A stretch of 64,000 bases of DNA, taken from positions 2,558-66,557 of IMG/VR virus record IMGVR_UViG_3300025759_000081; one strand, 5' to 3'. This DNA comes from a virus. Below are positions 56,301-64,000 of this stretch, in pieces (positions within the stretch are counted from its first letter, which is position 1; each line of letters starts with the position of its first letter). The position numbers and the translations under genes were made by a program. A model generated the notes under the pieces. The model saw only the letters and a list, made by a program, of their open reading frames with translations, was not told the DNA's origin and did no database searches.

Positions 56301-59300
56301 TTGCTCGACGCTGTTAAAAGAGACGTTCTTACTGGGTCTAACTTTAATTCAGTATTCAACGGTTTATCATATCGTTCCGGCACACTTGGAACAGATAAAG
56401 TTGTAGATTTTCAATTGTCTGAAACAATTGCAGCCCTCGAGTATGTTAAGACTCAAGCAGCAGCGCAAATTACTTCAGTTAATGCCCAAGCAAGATTTAA
56501 TGCGGGTTTCGACGAAATCATTGATATTATGAAAAACGGTCAAGCCTCTGCTGACGTGATTAGCTTTGGTACACAAGGCCTTGCAAACAATAGATTGTTT
56601 GCAGCAAGCAACCTTCAAGACAACGTTGAATTCTTAAAGAAAGAAATGACTGCATATTTGCAGGATAATTATTTCACATACGATGACGCTAAGTGCAGAA
56701 GAGATGTTGGTTTAATTTTAGACGCGGTTCAAATAGATTTGTTAACCGGATCTAATTTTGCTTCAGTATACGCCGGTCAAGCATATGTAAATGGTGCAGC
56801 TGCACAAACTCTTGCAAACGAAAAAGTACAAACGATTGCATCTTTCTCAAGATTAAAAGAAGAAGTAGCAAACGACATTAATGCTACTGCTGCTATTAGA
56901 ACAGATGCAGCCTTTGATGAAATCATTGATATCATTGATAATGGCTCAGGTAACGCCGATCCTCTCGTCTTTACAGACCCAGGACTTGTTACTGAAAGAC
57001 TATATGCTCGCCAGCAACTTCAAGCAAACCGAGCATTTATCATTCAAGAAATTACTGCTTGGATTGCAGAAAACTTACCGGAATATGATGCAGTTAAGTG
57101 TGAAAGAGATATTGGTTACATTATCGACGCAGTAAGAAGAGATTTAATTCTTGGCACTAATCATAATACTATTACAGCTGGTGACGCGTATTTGAGATCT
57201 AATTCTGCATACGTACTCAGTGATCAAAGTGTGTATACGATTGCGGGTGTAGAATACGCAAGGGACCAAGTTAAAGCTCTTGCAAATGTTACTCAAGATG
57301 CTCTTATTGATACTCTTTTCCAAAGGGTAATCGATGTTTTGAATGGAACAGTTACTACATATACAGTTCCTTCTTATCCAACAACATCTGGAGCAACTTA
57401 TCAAGATGCAACTAGGATAGCTGCAGTAACAGCCATTAGAACAAATAGATCTGTAATCGTTAGTGACGTGATTGCAGGAATCGCAACATTCTACCCAGAA
57501 CTTGAATACGATCAAGCCAAATGTCAGAGAGATGTTGGTTATATTATTGATGCAATTTCACATGACGTTAAGTATGGTGGTAACTCTGCTACGATTAGAG
57601 CAGCGGATGCTTATTTTGCCGGCACAGTATCTCAATTAGGCGCAGAAGAAGTTATTCCAACAATTTATGCTTACACTAATTTGAAGAGCTTAATCAACGG
57701 GTATGTTACTACACAAACTGAGCAAGATAACGTCAATGATCTTATTGATATTATTATAAACGTTATTGATGCTGGAACTGTAGCAGGATTACCCGTAGTG
57801 GTTGAACCAACACTTGCAGGTTTAACTACTACAGAGCACGACGATATTCTTGCTAACCAATCAACGATTGCTACTAATACACCAACATACATTAACACAA
57901 ATTATCCGGTGTATGATGTAGCTAAGTGTGAAAGAGATGTCGGTTTTATTGTAGACGCTATATCGCATGACGTTCAATACGGAACAAATAGAGGCACTCG
58001 TTCAACGGCTCTTATGTATTTTAATAATGAAGAAACCAATGTATTACCGATTCTTCAGAGATCTGAAACAAATAGTGCTTATGAACGCTTAGCATCTATT
58101 ATGAGTGACATTGTTACTGAGACTTTAATAACCCCTTCAACCGGCGTAATATTGACTCAGGACACTTCAGGAACACCTGCAACCGCTACTGAAGCAGCTA
58201 CTGTTTTAGAATTAGCAACTGCAATTGCTAACGCTGTTGCTGCTGAAACTCCAGATAATATTCCGGCGGCTATTGAGCCAGATCAATCTTGGGTTGCTGC
58301 AGATTATCAATCTGCTAGTGATCTTATCGTTGCTACTAAGTCAACTTATCAAGATTACATTGTTCAAGAATTCTTGGCAATTAATTACTCAAATGAAGTT
58401 TGTGAAAGAGATCTTAACTATGTAATTGATGCAGTAAGAAGAGACCTAGTTATTAATAGTAATCATCATACAGCAACAGCTGCTAATGCATTCTTAAGAG
58501 CTTCTTATGTTGATAGTGCTCTTGGCCGAGAAGCCGAGCTTGTAGTTATTAACTTTGCAAGAGAACAAATTAAAGCTTTACCTAATATAACAAGTGATGC
58601 GACAGTTGATGTACTCTTTAATACTATCACCGACGTTTTAGATGGAAGTACTACTAGCATTATACCTTCTGTGTTTAATAATACGGCTGGATCAACTTAC
58701 GAAACAGCAGATAGAATAGCTGCAGCTACAGCCCTCGTTAATAACAGATCTACAATACTCAGCGATCTTACGACTTGGATTCAAGCTAATCGTCCAGAAA
58801 TTTATTATGATAACGCCAAATGTACACGAGACATGGGTTACATTATTGACGCTGTACGTAGGGATCTTATTTTAGGTGGTGATTATAATACAATTACCGC
58901 AGGTAACGCATACCTTAGACCTACTAGTGGTTATCCAGATAATGAACAGGTTGAAGCAACACTTGCTGCGATTAATTACACTAGAGACTTAATAACTCAA
59001 CTACCTGGTGTTCAAAGTGTTGGTGAAATATTTGATCTCTTTAGAACTGTTACTCAGTGTGTTGATGGTACGGTAACGTCTATTCAATTCCCAACATTCC
59101 CAGCAACACCTGGTGCAACTTATCAAACAGATGATAGGCAACAAACAGTAGGTTTGTTGCAAGGTGCAAAAGAAAATATAGTTGAACAAGTAATAGAATA
59201 TGTTGCTGCGACTTATCCTGCATTAGTTTATGATCAAGCTAAGTGTGAAAGAGATACTAGGTTTGTCATTGATGGATTGTGTCATGATGTTTTATACGGC

Positions 59301-62300
59301 GGTAACACAGCAAGTAGGCTTGTAGCAGATTCATATTTCGAAGGAACTAATATTCTCCTAGGTTCTAGTCAAGAACAGACTGCGACTGCAGACGTCTACG
59401 GTCAATTGAAAACCTTCATAGGTGCTTATACTAGTATTGTTGCTGCACAAATTCAAACAGATATTGAAGCTTTGCTCGATATTACTATTGATGCAATCAC
59501 AGCTGGTTCTACTGCTGGCATCCCTGCAGAAATAGAAATTGATACATCTGGTTTAGATATTACTGAGTTTGATGAAATGTCTAATAATCAAGCTTCAGTC
59601 ATCTCTGATGTAGTTGCTTGGGTTAATACCAATTTCCCAACTTATGATGTTGCTAAGTGTGAAAGAGATGCAGGATTTGTAATTGACGCAGCAGCTTATG
59701 ATACTAAGTACGGTGGTAACACGGCAAGTAGGTTGGCTGCTATTGCGTATTTTGACGGAACAGTAAGTCAGCTTGGAGATGCTGCCGAGGTTGCTGCATC
59801 TATTGCGGCTTACACAGAATTAAAATCTCTTGCAACCGCATATGTTGTAACGGGAGTAGAACAAACAAGAGTTGAAGATTCTATCGATATTGTAATAGAT
59901 GCACTTGTTGCTGGAAATACAGACTCAATACCGGCGGCAGTTGAACCAACTACAACAGGATTGTCAATTGTCGAATGGGATGAAATTCTTTCTAATCAAG
60001 CAACTGTTATAACAGATTCTATTACTTTTGCTAATGAAACTTATCCTAGAAGTTTAGGATATAATGTTGCTAAGTGCGAAAGAGATCTTGGTTACTTAAT
60101 CGACTCTGTGACTTGGGATATACAACACGATTCAAATACTGCTTCTATTAATAACGCGCAAATCTATTTTGAAAATGCAACAAGTGTGTTGCCAGTTGGT
60201 CAAAGACCGGCAACGGCTGATGCATTCAATCACATTGCTTCGGTTGCAAGCTTAATTGCTCAGGATATTGCAGTAACACCTACAACTGGTAATCCTGAAT
60301 CACAAGTGTTTGGTATAACTAGTGGACCTGCTGCAGGTGCGCTTGTTGAAGATTTATTCCAAATTGTTGCTAATGCTATTACAGCCGGAAATTTAGATTC
60401 TTTACCGGCTGCTGATGAGCCAACACAAACACCTTATGATCAAGAATATATTGATGCGGTTGCTGAAATTGACGCAATTAAGCCAGAACTTCAAGCAAAA
60501 GTTATTAGCTTTATTCAAGAAGAGTTTAATGGTTTGGGCTATGATCAGGCTAAGTGTGAAAGAGATACGGGTTATATCCTTGATGGTATTTCACACGATA
60601 TTCAATATGCAGGTAATGCTGCTACTTACATTAACGCTCAAGTTTACTTTGAAAATGCAATCAATGTATTGCCAACAACGCAAAGAGAGCCTACTCAAGC
60701 AGCATGGACTTACTTAGGTGATATGCTTGAAAAAGTTGTACAAAGACAAGAAGTTAGTGCTCACGTTCTCAATACTACTAAGCAAGATACATCATTCGTT
60801 GGTGGTAACCCAAACATTGCTTTAGAAGCTAAGGGACTTGCTCGAATGATTGCAGACCAAGCATATGAAAGTACTTCTGCTAGACTCCCAGAAAGAATAG
60901 ATCCGGATACTTCTTGGCAAGCACCACAATATGTAATAGACAAAGAAGCAATTGAAGATGCATCTATAACTTTAACTAATGGAATCGTTACTTATATTGC
61001 GGAAAACTTAAACGGATTAGGTTACGATGAATTAAGATGTCGTAGAGATGTTCAGTTTATTGTAAACGGATTATCACATGATATTCAGTACGGCGGAAAC
61101 CATGCAACACGAATTAATGCGCAAATTTACTTTGAAAATGCATTAAGTGTATTGTCACTTGGAACAAGAAGACAAACAGCAGATGCTTATGAATATCTAG
61201 GTGAATTAGTAAGAGATATTGTTCAAGGCGTTGATACTCAGACTAACGCTTATACTACAACATTACAAGACTTTACTAATACACCTTCTAATTCTACTGA
61301 AGGTGCGCGAGTTCAAAACCTTGTTCAAATAATTGAAGACACGATTAGGAATGATGATGTTAACACAATTCCAGAACTTGTACAACCTGATTTCTCTTGG
61401 GTAGATGCAACAACTAAACAAGCTGCTGACTTAATGGTAGAAAAGACTCCAGAACTTTCTCAGGATTTAATTGACTGGATTGCATCGGAGTTTACTGTTC
61501 TTGACTATAATAGAGATAAGTGTAGAAGAGACACATTCTATATCTTAGACGCGTTTAGTTACGACCTCAATTATGGCGGTAACTTAGCTACACGCTGGAA
61601 CACAGACTTTTATTATTGGAACGACACTTTTAGAATTCCAGAAGATCAAAGAGAACCTACTGGGCAGGCTTATCGACAACTTGGTTTAATTTGCGAACAA
61701 ATCGTTAAAGGTACTTATCCTGGTCAAGTGGTTAAAGGCGAAATTGCAACAAACATTGAAGGTAATAAAGTTAGAAGGTTTGGACAAAATCTTTACGAAG
61801 TATTATATTTTAATGATGTTAAAAAACTTCCTCTTAAGCAACAGCCTGATACTAGTTGGATAGATAAAATTTACATCGATGCTCGACAAACGCTTAGCGT
61901 TTTTAAAACAGATCTTGCTTTTGATGTAGTAAGATTTGTTGGAGCTACATACGGGTTTGTTGATATACCATTAACGAGAAGAGATACGTATAACTTACTA
62001 CAAGCAATACAAAACGACTTTAATTATGAAAACTACGCATTAGGTGATCAAGGTGGTCAAAATGCTGTAAGAACATTCACTGCATCACTCTTTGATTATA
62101 ACGCAAATATTGTATTCCCTGTATTTAATCCTCCAACTTCTGTAGCAGATATTGGATTAGTATACAAAGGTTCTATAGACGTAGTTGGAGCATTACCCGA
62201 TGGAAGCACTCTGCAGCCTAGAAAATACAGAGATGCTTATATTGTAGCATCAAATTTCTTAACTAGTGACTGGGCTGGAGATATATATTACTGGAACGGT

Positions 62301-62780
62301 GTTGCTTGGGTTAATGTCGGTCCAAATAATACAGAATTACTTGAAGCGTTTGTGGGATGTTGGGAAAGAATTCGTGACTTTATTATTTCAAACTACTCAC
62401 CAAATTCAGATGTAAGCGCTATGTTAACAGGCTTAATCAATGATTGTTTGATTGATAATGTATTGAAGCCACAGACACTCGTATTCGGTGCTCTTGTAGA
62501 ATCAATTGCTCACCAGTTTAACGGTGCATCAGCAGGTGTTAATAGAAACGCGCTTCCTTTGAATTTTAGAAACTTGGGTACTGCAATTTCAGCTTTAGCT
62601 TCTGTATTGTATGAAGAAGGTGGAAGAATTAGATGGTCCGGTTCAGACGAATTGAACAACCAGTATTTTGCACGAGGATTAAGAATTAATGGTAGAACAG
62701 GCCGAATTGAAGGACGGCCATTTACATCTTCCGTACGTAAACTTGCAAGACGTGCTTCTCAGAGTAGAGCTTTCGTCTAA
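50355..62780 (+). CDS. Giant (4141 aa) virion fibre/structural protein with beta-helical and repeat domains
   Basis: Uninterrupted ORF. Fibre-like N terminus (KISELP), S/T/N/D-rich 5-residue coils, G.D...G....PVKTL.RA beta-helix start, then about 19-20 Y...KC.RD repeat modules. Confidence 0.85.
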   Translation: MAKISELPPITGANTRTEDLFVIVNLVQGDDGTSNITRKELVEAIQYEIFSRITITGGTISGVTMFNSLIRNVVIDDSNIEDSFITRTDFNEGTLRNSDGDNLDIINSTFNEGTLDDNDQTNQRISDSSFTLGSITDSTAANVTITDSSYSDGVIFDVVANTMTITDSSFDDGTANNIVITNSEFNDGTGNNVVLTNSTIDDSTITDSTANNVSITQSTFTDGAIFDSTANNVTITQSVFDLGDVTNSNGDNLTIINSSFADGTITTTDITSSNFSNGDIFDSNANNVTITQSLFTDGNITDSNANNVTITQSLFTDGNITDSNANNVTITQSLFTDGTITDSTANNVTITQSDFSDGTGNNNLFTSTTLDNSIIINSDFSDGTGNNNVFTNTTLDQSTIQNSIGLDLNISESKFDEGTLSQSTFSGGQIIDSELANFEMELEEIFDPNIDEESWFALKNVQTGETEKITYRQFFDEISKTVSQALKIHVDASSGRDEWPGSSLQPVKTLERACELALEKAGGVFDRNDVNNAVHISVGPGTYYTKGNLAIPDDCSATSTSGQYATVIEALPGYENSNCWLVGSGCYLQGFSYTNWKVDNFDYPEGGFAVAYRPGAKLRRSPYLRDSSQLSNFLRADVEPPLNPFNSKGTIADLGFEFILEVGHTGQFIEGDWIKFSSGAEAYISWDDSMDAALGLPGDLATLRKIRVRNLKNGQGYSIGDTVLSQSGGIGTIESIGIDDFPNREVGRGGGCFLGDRRVLDPDSLYTYCLCFGFTPRTQNGIGYVARDGAGVNGIGSLSIFTRCAFYALNGGQVTLNNSGSQFGDISMRAKGSTRVFQPKGMNEALLLKNEAFADTIQENANTIIDDVVDFLTANTADGGLGYTGYNAGKCERDAGIIIDGVGLDVQLNSNYWGRLAGITYRSPISYTVINDQLEPTIGANQYLQERIQNIFSTNSEIISRANTSFQELYNITEYGEEYDNGLILTPTGNTQMTAAAELIQDNKEFIQNEFIDWIDNNDLYFTYDSAKCRRDTEDYIIPAVYYDTLLDTNYNSITAGGAYYMSTAAKVIDKQKEETISAYKRLKDQINLVVENISPEATIKTDKSMDYIIDILANAGIKFSPTNATYDPITGYMMLKIGTHSLQVGQKILIAPNSITFTCLSDNNVVQISHPRVTDPIYNKPVYIEAVTGTTITVNVGNANGYTGVHTFVSAQENSISIVGEEITFSDNPAIDVSRRNARKQLQSNRGYIEDNLVGWINNNYYVYDQNKCKRDTSEYILPAVQRDLILGTNYNSVQAGKTYYTGIASKVINDQKVETSSAFSDLKSNVLALVSDTSKDRANTAFNEIIDILDNGLGNADTITWSDPASYRARYTPTFATYNPTNGQAVITLGNHSVAVGEYIEILPYGLTFTCSQDGDATEHSYPRIGDGNYLVPVVVTANTATSITCNVGVGAGGVHTFVSALEQSVSSRSYNSNGQYAREQLQANRSFLQEEVIAYLDANYFTFDGDKCSRDTGLILDAVRRDVATGSNYNSVFAGLAYRSGNASTEVVINEQLTETVAAITYVKLQIAQELSGASLTRSNAAFDEIIDILNNGTGNADPITFGTASVSANEGQAQATLQANKTFLQAEITAWLAINHPNLVYDQAKCERDVGYIVDSASWDIYNGSNAASINNARLYFDNAVAILPEDQRVPTSEAFKHLAYVAGEIVRNNSVVPSEGNAQSQTLTSDAGITVSGKVRSLIRIVSDAIESERFEFPAYVEPTTEAGFENAVRDIFGQTLRLQDDVIEYLQRDQNGLAYNESKCKRDIGLIVDAICKDVEYGGNESSIEAALYYFEARSSFDIADSTPIIEKFNILPPEQRAPTQAAFTHLASVASDIVQEISVTPTAGNLITQDTTGTPANAATGAIVSDLITIIVDNIGIGSPDNIPSIIEPNFDPNRTVARQAIQANKEFLTNEVINFINDKYFVYDDAKCSRDVGYLLDAVKRDVLTGSNFNSVFNGLSYRSGTLGTDKVVDFQLSETIAALEYVKTQAAAQITSVNAQARFNAGFDEIIDIMKNGQASADVISFGTQGLANNRLFAASNLQDNVEFLKKEMTAYLQDNYFTYDDAKCRRDVGLILDAVQIDLLTGSNFASVYAGQAYVNGAAAQTLANEKVQTIASFSRLKEEVANDINATAAIRTDAAFDEIIDIIDNGSGNADPLVFTDPGLVTERLYARQQLQANRAFIIQEITAWIAENLPEYDAVKCERDIGYIIDAVRRDLILGTNHNTITAGDAYLRSNSAYVLSDQSVYTIAGVEYARDQVKALANVTQDALIDTLFQRVIDVLNGTVTTYTVPSYPTTSGATYQDATRIAAVTAIRTNRSVIVSDVIAGIATFYPELEYDQAKCQRDVGYIIDAISHDVKYGGNSATIRAADAYFAGTVSQLGAEEVIPTIYAYTNLKSLINGYVTTQTEQDNVNDLIDIIINVIDAGTVAGLPVVVEPTLAGLTTTEHDDILANQSTIATNTPTYINTNYPVYDVAKCERDVGFIVDAISHDVQYGTNRGTRSTALMYFNNEETNVLPILQRSETNSAYERLASIMSDIVTETLITPSTGVILTQDTSGTPATATEAATVLELATAIANAVAAETPDNIPAAIEPDQSWVAADYQSASDLIVATKSTYQDYIVQEFLAINYSNEVCERDLNYVIDAVRRDLVINSNHHTATAANAFLRASYVDSALGREAELVVINFAREQIKALPNITSDATVDVLFNTITDVLDGSTTSIIPSVFNNTAGSTYETADRIAAATALVNNRSTILSDLTTWIQANRPEIYYDNAKCTRDMGYIIDAVRRDLILGGDYNTITAGNAYLRPTSGYPDNEQVEATLAAINYTRDLITQLPGVQSVGEIFDLFRTVTQCVDGTVTSIQFPTFPATPGATYQTDDRQQTVGLLQGAKENIVEQVIEYVAATYPALVYDQAKCERDTRFVIDGLCHDVLYGGNTASRLVADSYFEGTNILLGSSQEQTATADVYGQLKTFIGAYTSIVAAQIQTDIEALLDITIDAITAGSTAGIPAEIEIDTSGLDITEFDEMSNNQASVISDVVAWVNTNFPTYDVAKCERDAGFVIDAAAYDTKYGGNTASRLAAIAYFDGTVSQLGDAAEVAASIAAYTELKSLATAYVVTGVEQTRVEDSIDIVIDALVAGNTDSIPAAVEPTTTGLSIVEWDEILSNQATVITDSITFANETYPRSLGYNVAKCERDLGYLIDSVTWDIQHDSNTASINNAQIYFENATSVLPVGQRPATADAFNHIASVASLIAQDIAVTPTTGNPESQVFGITSGPAAGALVEDLFQIVANAITAGNLDSLPAADEPTQTPYDQEYIDAVAEIDAIKPELQAKVISFIQEEFNGLGYDQAKCERDTGYILDGISHDIQYAGNAATYINAQVYFENAINVLPTTQREPTQAAWTYLGDMLEKVVQRQEVSAHVLNTTKQDTSFVGGNPNIALEAKGLARMIADQAYESTSARLPERIDPDTSWQAPQYVIDKEAIEDASITLTNGIVTYIAENLNGLGYDELRCRRDVQFIVNGLSHDIQYGGNHATRINAQIYFENALSVLSLGTRRQTADAYEYLGELVRDIVQGVDTQTNAYTTTLQDFTNTPSNSTEGARVQNLVQIIEDTIRNDDVNTIPELVQPDFSWVDATTKQAADLMVEKTPELSQDLIDWIASEFTVLDYNRDKCRRDTFYILDAFSYDLNYGGNLATRWNTDFYYWNDTFRIPEDQREPTGQAYRQLGLICEQIVKGTYPGQVVKGEIATNIEGNKVRRFGQNLYEVLYFNDVKKLPLKQQPDTSWIDKIYIDARQTLSVFKTDLAFDVVRFVGATYGFVDIPLTRRDTYNLLQAIQNDFNYENYALGDQGGQNAVRTFTASLFDYNANIVFPVFNPPTSVADIGLVYKGSIDVVGALPDGSTLQPRKYRDAYIVASNFLTSDWAGDIYYWNGVAWVNVGPNNTELLEAFVGCWERIRDFIISNYSPNSDVSAMLTGLINDCLIDNVLKPQTLVFGALVESIAHQFNGASAGVNRNALPLNFRNLGTAISALASVLYEEGGRIRWSGSDELNNQYFARGLRINGRTGRIEGRPFTSSVRKLARRASQSRAFV
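51201..51380 (+). repeat. In-frame 60-bp tandem repeat (20-aa unit SNANNVTITQSLFTDGNITD)
   Basis: 51201-51260 and 51261-51320 are identical, 51321-51380 is a diverged copy, and more degenerate copies flank them. Confidence 0.9.
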
Positions 62781-62795
62781 GGAATAAATAAAGAC

Positions 62796-63218
62796 ATGGT
62801 TATAAGAGTAGTCACATCACAGGCCCCAGACGCCAAACCGGTCGCGGTCAATCTTGAATTAGACACGCAAGGGCAGGTTATTTTCGAAGTTCCGGAATAT
62901 GAAGTTCCTGAACTCGTATTTGGTGGTTCGACAGTTGTTGAACCGGGCGTTGGTGAAATTATTTCACCTCTTATAGTTTGTAATGTAACAGCAAACACGG
63001 TGAGCGTTGATGTTGAAGTGTATAGGTTTATAGAAAATAGATATTTTTCTCTTATAAAAAACATGCCCGTGCCAGGCTATGAAACAATTCCCATTCCATT
63101 GAACGGACAATTTTTAAAAACTGGGGATTGGCTTGAGGCTAGATGTAGTGCGAATAACGCAATTCATTCGACGTTATCGTTTACACTTGGCCAATCAGAA
63201 GAAGATGACGTCGTTTAA
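62796..63218 (+). CDS. Hypothetical (probably virion) protein
   Basis: 140-aa beta-rich ORF between the giant protein and the collagen-like gene; AATAAATA just upstream. Confidence 0.7.
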   Translation: MVIRVVTSQAPDAKPVAVNLELDTQGQVIFEVPEYEVPELVFGGSTVVEPGVGEIISPLIVCNVTANTVSVDVEVYRFIENRYFSLIKNMPVPGYETIPIPLNGQFLKTGDWLEARCSANNAIHSTLSFTLGQSEEDDVV

Positions 63219-63232
63219 TTTAGGAAAGCATA

Positions 63233-64000
63233 ATGCCCAGCTCGTTTAGAACGATCACAGGCCTATCGAAAACGTTAGGCCAGGGAATTCCACAACAGTT
63301 CCCTATACAATTAGATCCTGCTCCATTCGAGGGCGCAATTGTATATGCTGATAACGGCGAGCTTAGATATTCAGATGGTAGTTCGTGGCTTCCTTTAGGT
63401 ACAGGTCCGCAAGGAACAACGGGTTTTCAAGGTCCACAGGGCACTCAAGGTTTACAGGGCGATTATGGCCCTGGTTTCACAATCATTGGTTCAGTACCCG
63501 ACGTTGATGCTGGTGGCGATCCTCAAGCAACTCTTAATACAGCGTTTCCATCAGCTAACGTTGGTGAAGGCGTTATTGATGATGCTGACGATGAGCTTTG
63601 GATTTATGATGGAGCTAATTGGGTAAACATTGGTTCTTTTAGAGGTGTTCAAGGTTTCCAAGGTGTTCAAGGACCACAAGGTCTGCAGGGACCAGAAGGC
63701 GATAAAGGTGTACAAGGGTATCGTGGATTGCGAGGTTTCCAAGGTGAGCGCGGTATTCAAGGCGCTCAGGGCCCAAAAGGTGAGCGTGGTTTCCAAGGTA
63801 TTCAAGGAAGACGTGGACCTCAAGGTTATCAAGGCGTACAAGGTGATTTTGGTATACAAGGTGATCAAGGAACGCAGGGTCTACAAGGATTACAAGGTCC
63901 ACAAGCTTCTCAAGGTATTCAAGGTAATATAGGGTTTCAAGGTCCGCAAGGGTCACAAGGAACTCAAGGCCTTCAAGGTCCCCAAGGAACGCAAGGTCTT
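63233..64000 (+). CDS. Collagen-like fibre protein (truncated by the window end; not in the ORF track)
   Basis: ATG at 63233 after AGGA. Reads MPSSFRTITG... then long Gly-X-Y runs, mostly G-x-Q; open to base 64000. Confidence 0.88.
   Translation, partial: MPSSFRTITGLSKTLGQGIPQQFPIQLDPAPFEGAIVYADNGELRYSDGSSWLPLGTGPQGTTGFQGPQGTQGLQGDYGPGFTIIGSVPDVDAGGDPQATLNTAFPSANVGEGVIDDADDELWIYDGANWVNIGSFRGVQGFQGVQGPQGLQGPEGDKGVQGYRGLRGFQGERGIQGAQGPKGERGFQGIQGRRGPQGYQGVQGDFGIQGDQGTQGLQGLQGPQASQGIQGNIGFQGPQGSQGTQGLQGPQGTQGL

Noticed and set aside
48870-62780. Diversity-generating retroelement targeting the fibre genes
   Set aside because: No reverse transcriptase in the window, and no template/variable repeat pair differing only at adenines was noticed. 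A dot-plot would be needed to exclude one fully.
63551-63956. Three ORFs overlapping the collagen-like gene
   Set aside because: Their periodic sequences are frame and strand shadows of the Gly-X-Y repeat.

Overview
This window is a gene-dense, AT-rich segment of a large T4-like myovirus genome. The host is probably a proteobacterium; that is inferred only from the sigma70-type early promoters and a ROSE-like element. 1-22.5 kb (+ strand) is the replication and transcription core (uvsW, 55, 47, 46, 43, 45, 44, 62, regA) followed by hsp20 and a peroxiredoxin. gp43 and a ~12 kb accessory block lie between gp46 and gp45. That block holds an apparently single operon (8552-16637) of abutting or overlapping genes: a DUF262/HNH-like protein, a small ORF, dNMP kinase, dCMP hydroxymethylase, dCMP deaminase, a sulfotransferase-like protein, a T4-type alpha-glucosyltransferase, a C5-cytosine-methyltransferase homologue with an aberrant motif I, a DexA-like exonuclease and a second (GT-A) glycosyltransferase. 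This is the best candidate for an undescribed DNA hypermodification system (possibly sulfated or otherwise extended glucosyl-hmC) coupled to a modification-discriminating nuclease. 22.5-27.2 kb (- strand) carries gp29-like, gp51, gp26, gp54-like, gp2 and gp4. 27.2-64 kb (+ strand) is the baseplate and tail module: gp48, split gp53, hub, gp5, an M15 peptidase protein, gp25, gp6, gp7, a cupredoxin-motif protein, an S8 protease, gp8, a VrlC-like protein, an S74-chaperone fibre, a 4141-aa repeat protein and a collagen-like protein cut off by the window end. Non-coding signals include five early promoters, one antisense promoter, late TATAAATA promoters, two terminators, a probably leaderless gp43 mRNA and a ROSE-like thermometer before hsp20. 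No tRNA, rRNA, CRISPR array, intron or intein was recognised. All family assignments come from motifs read by eye and remembered family features; no database search was run.
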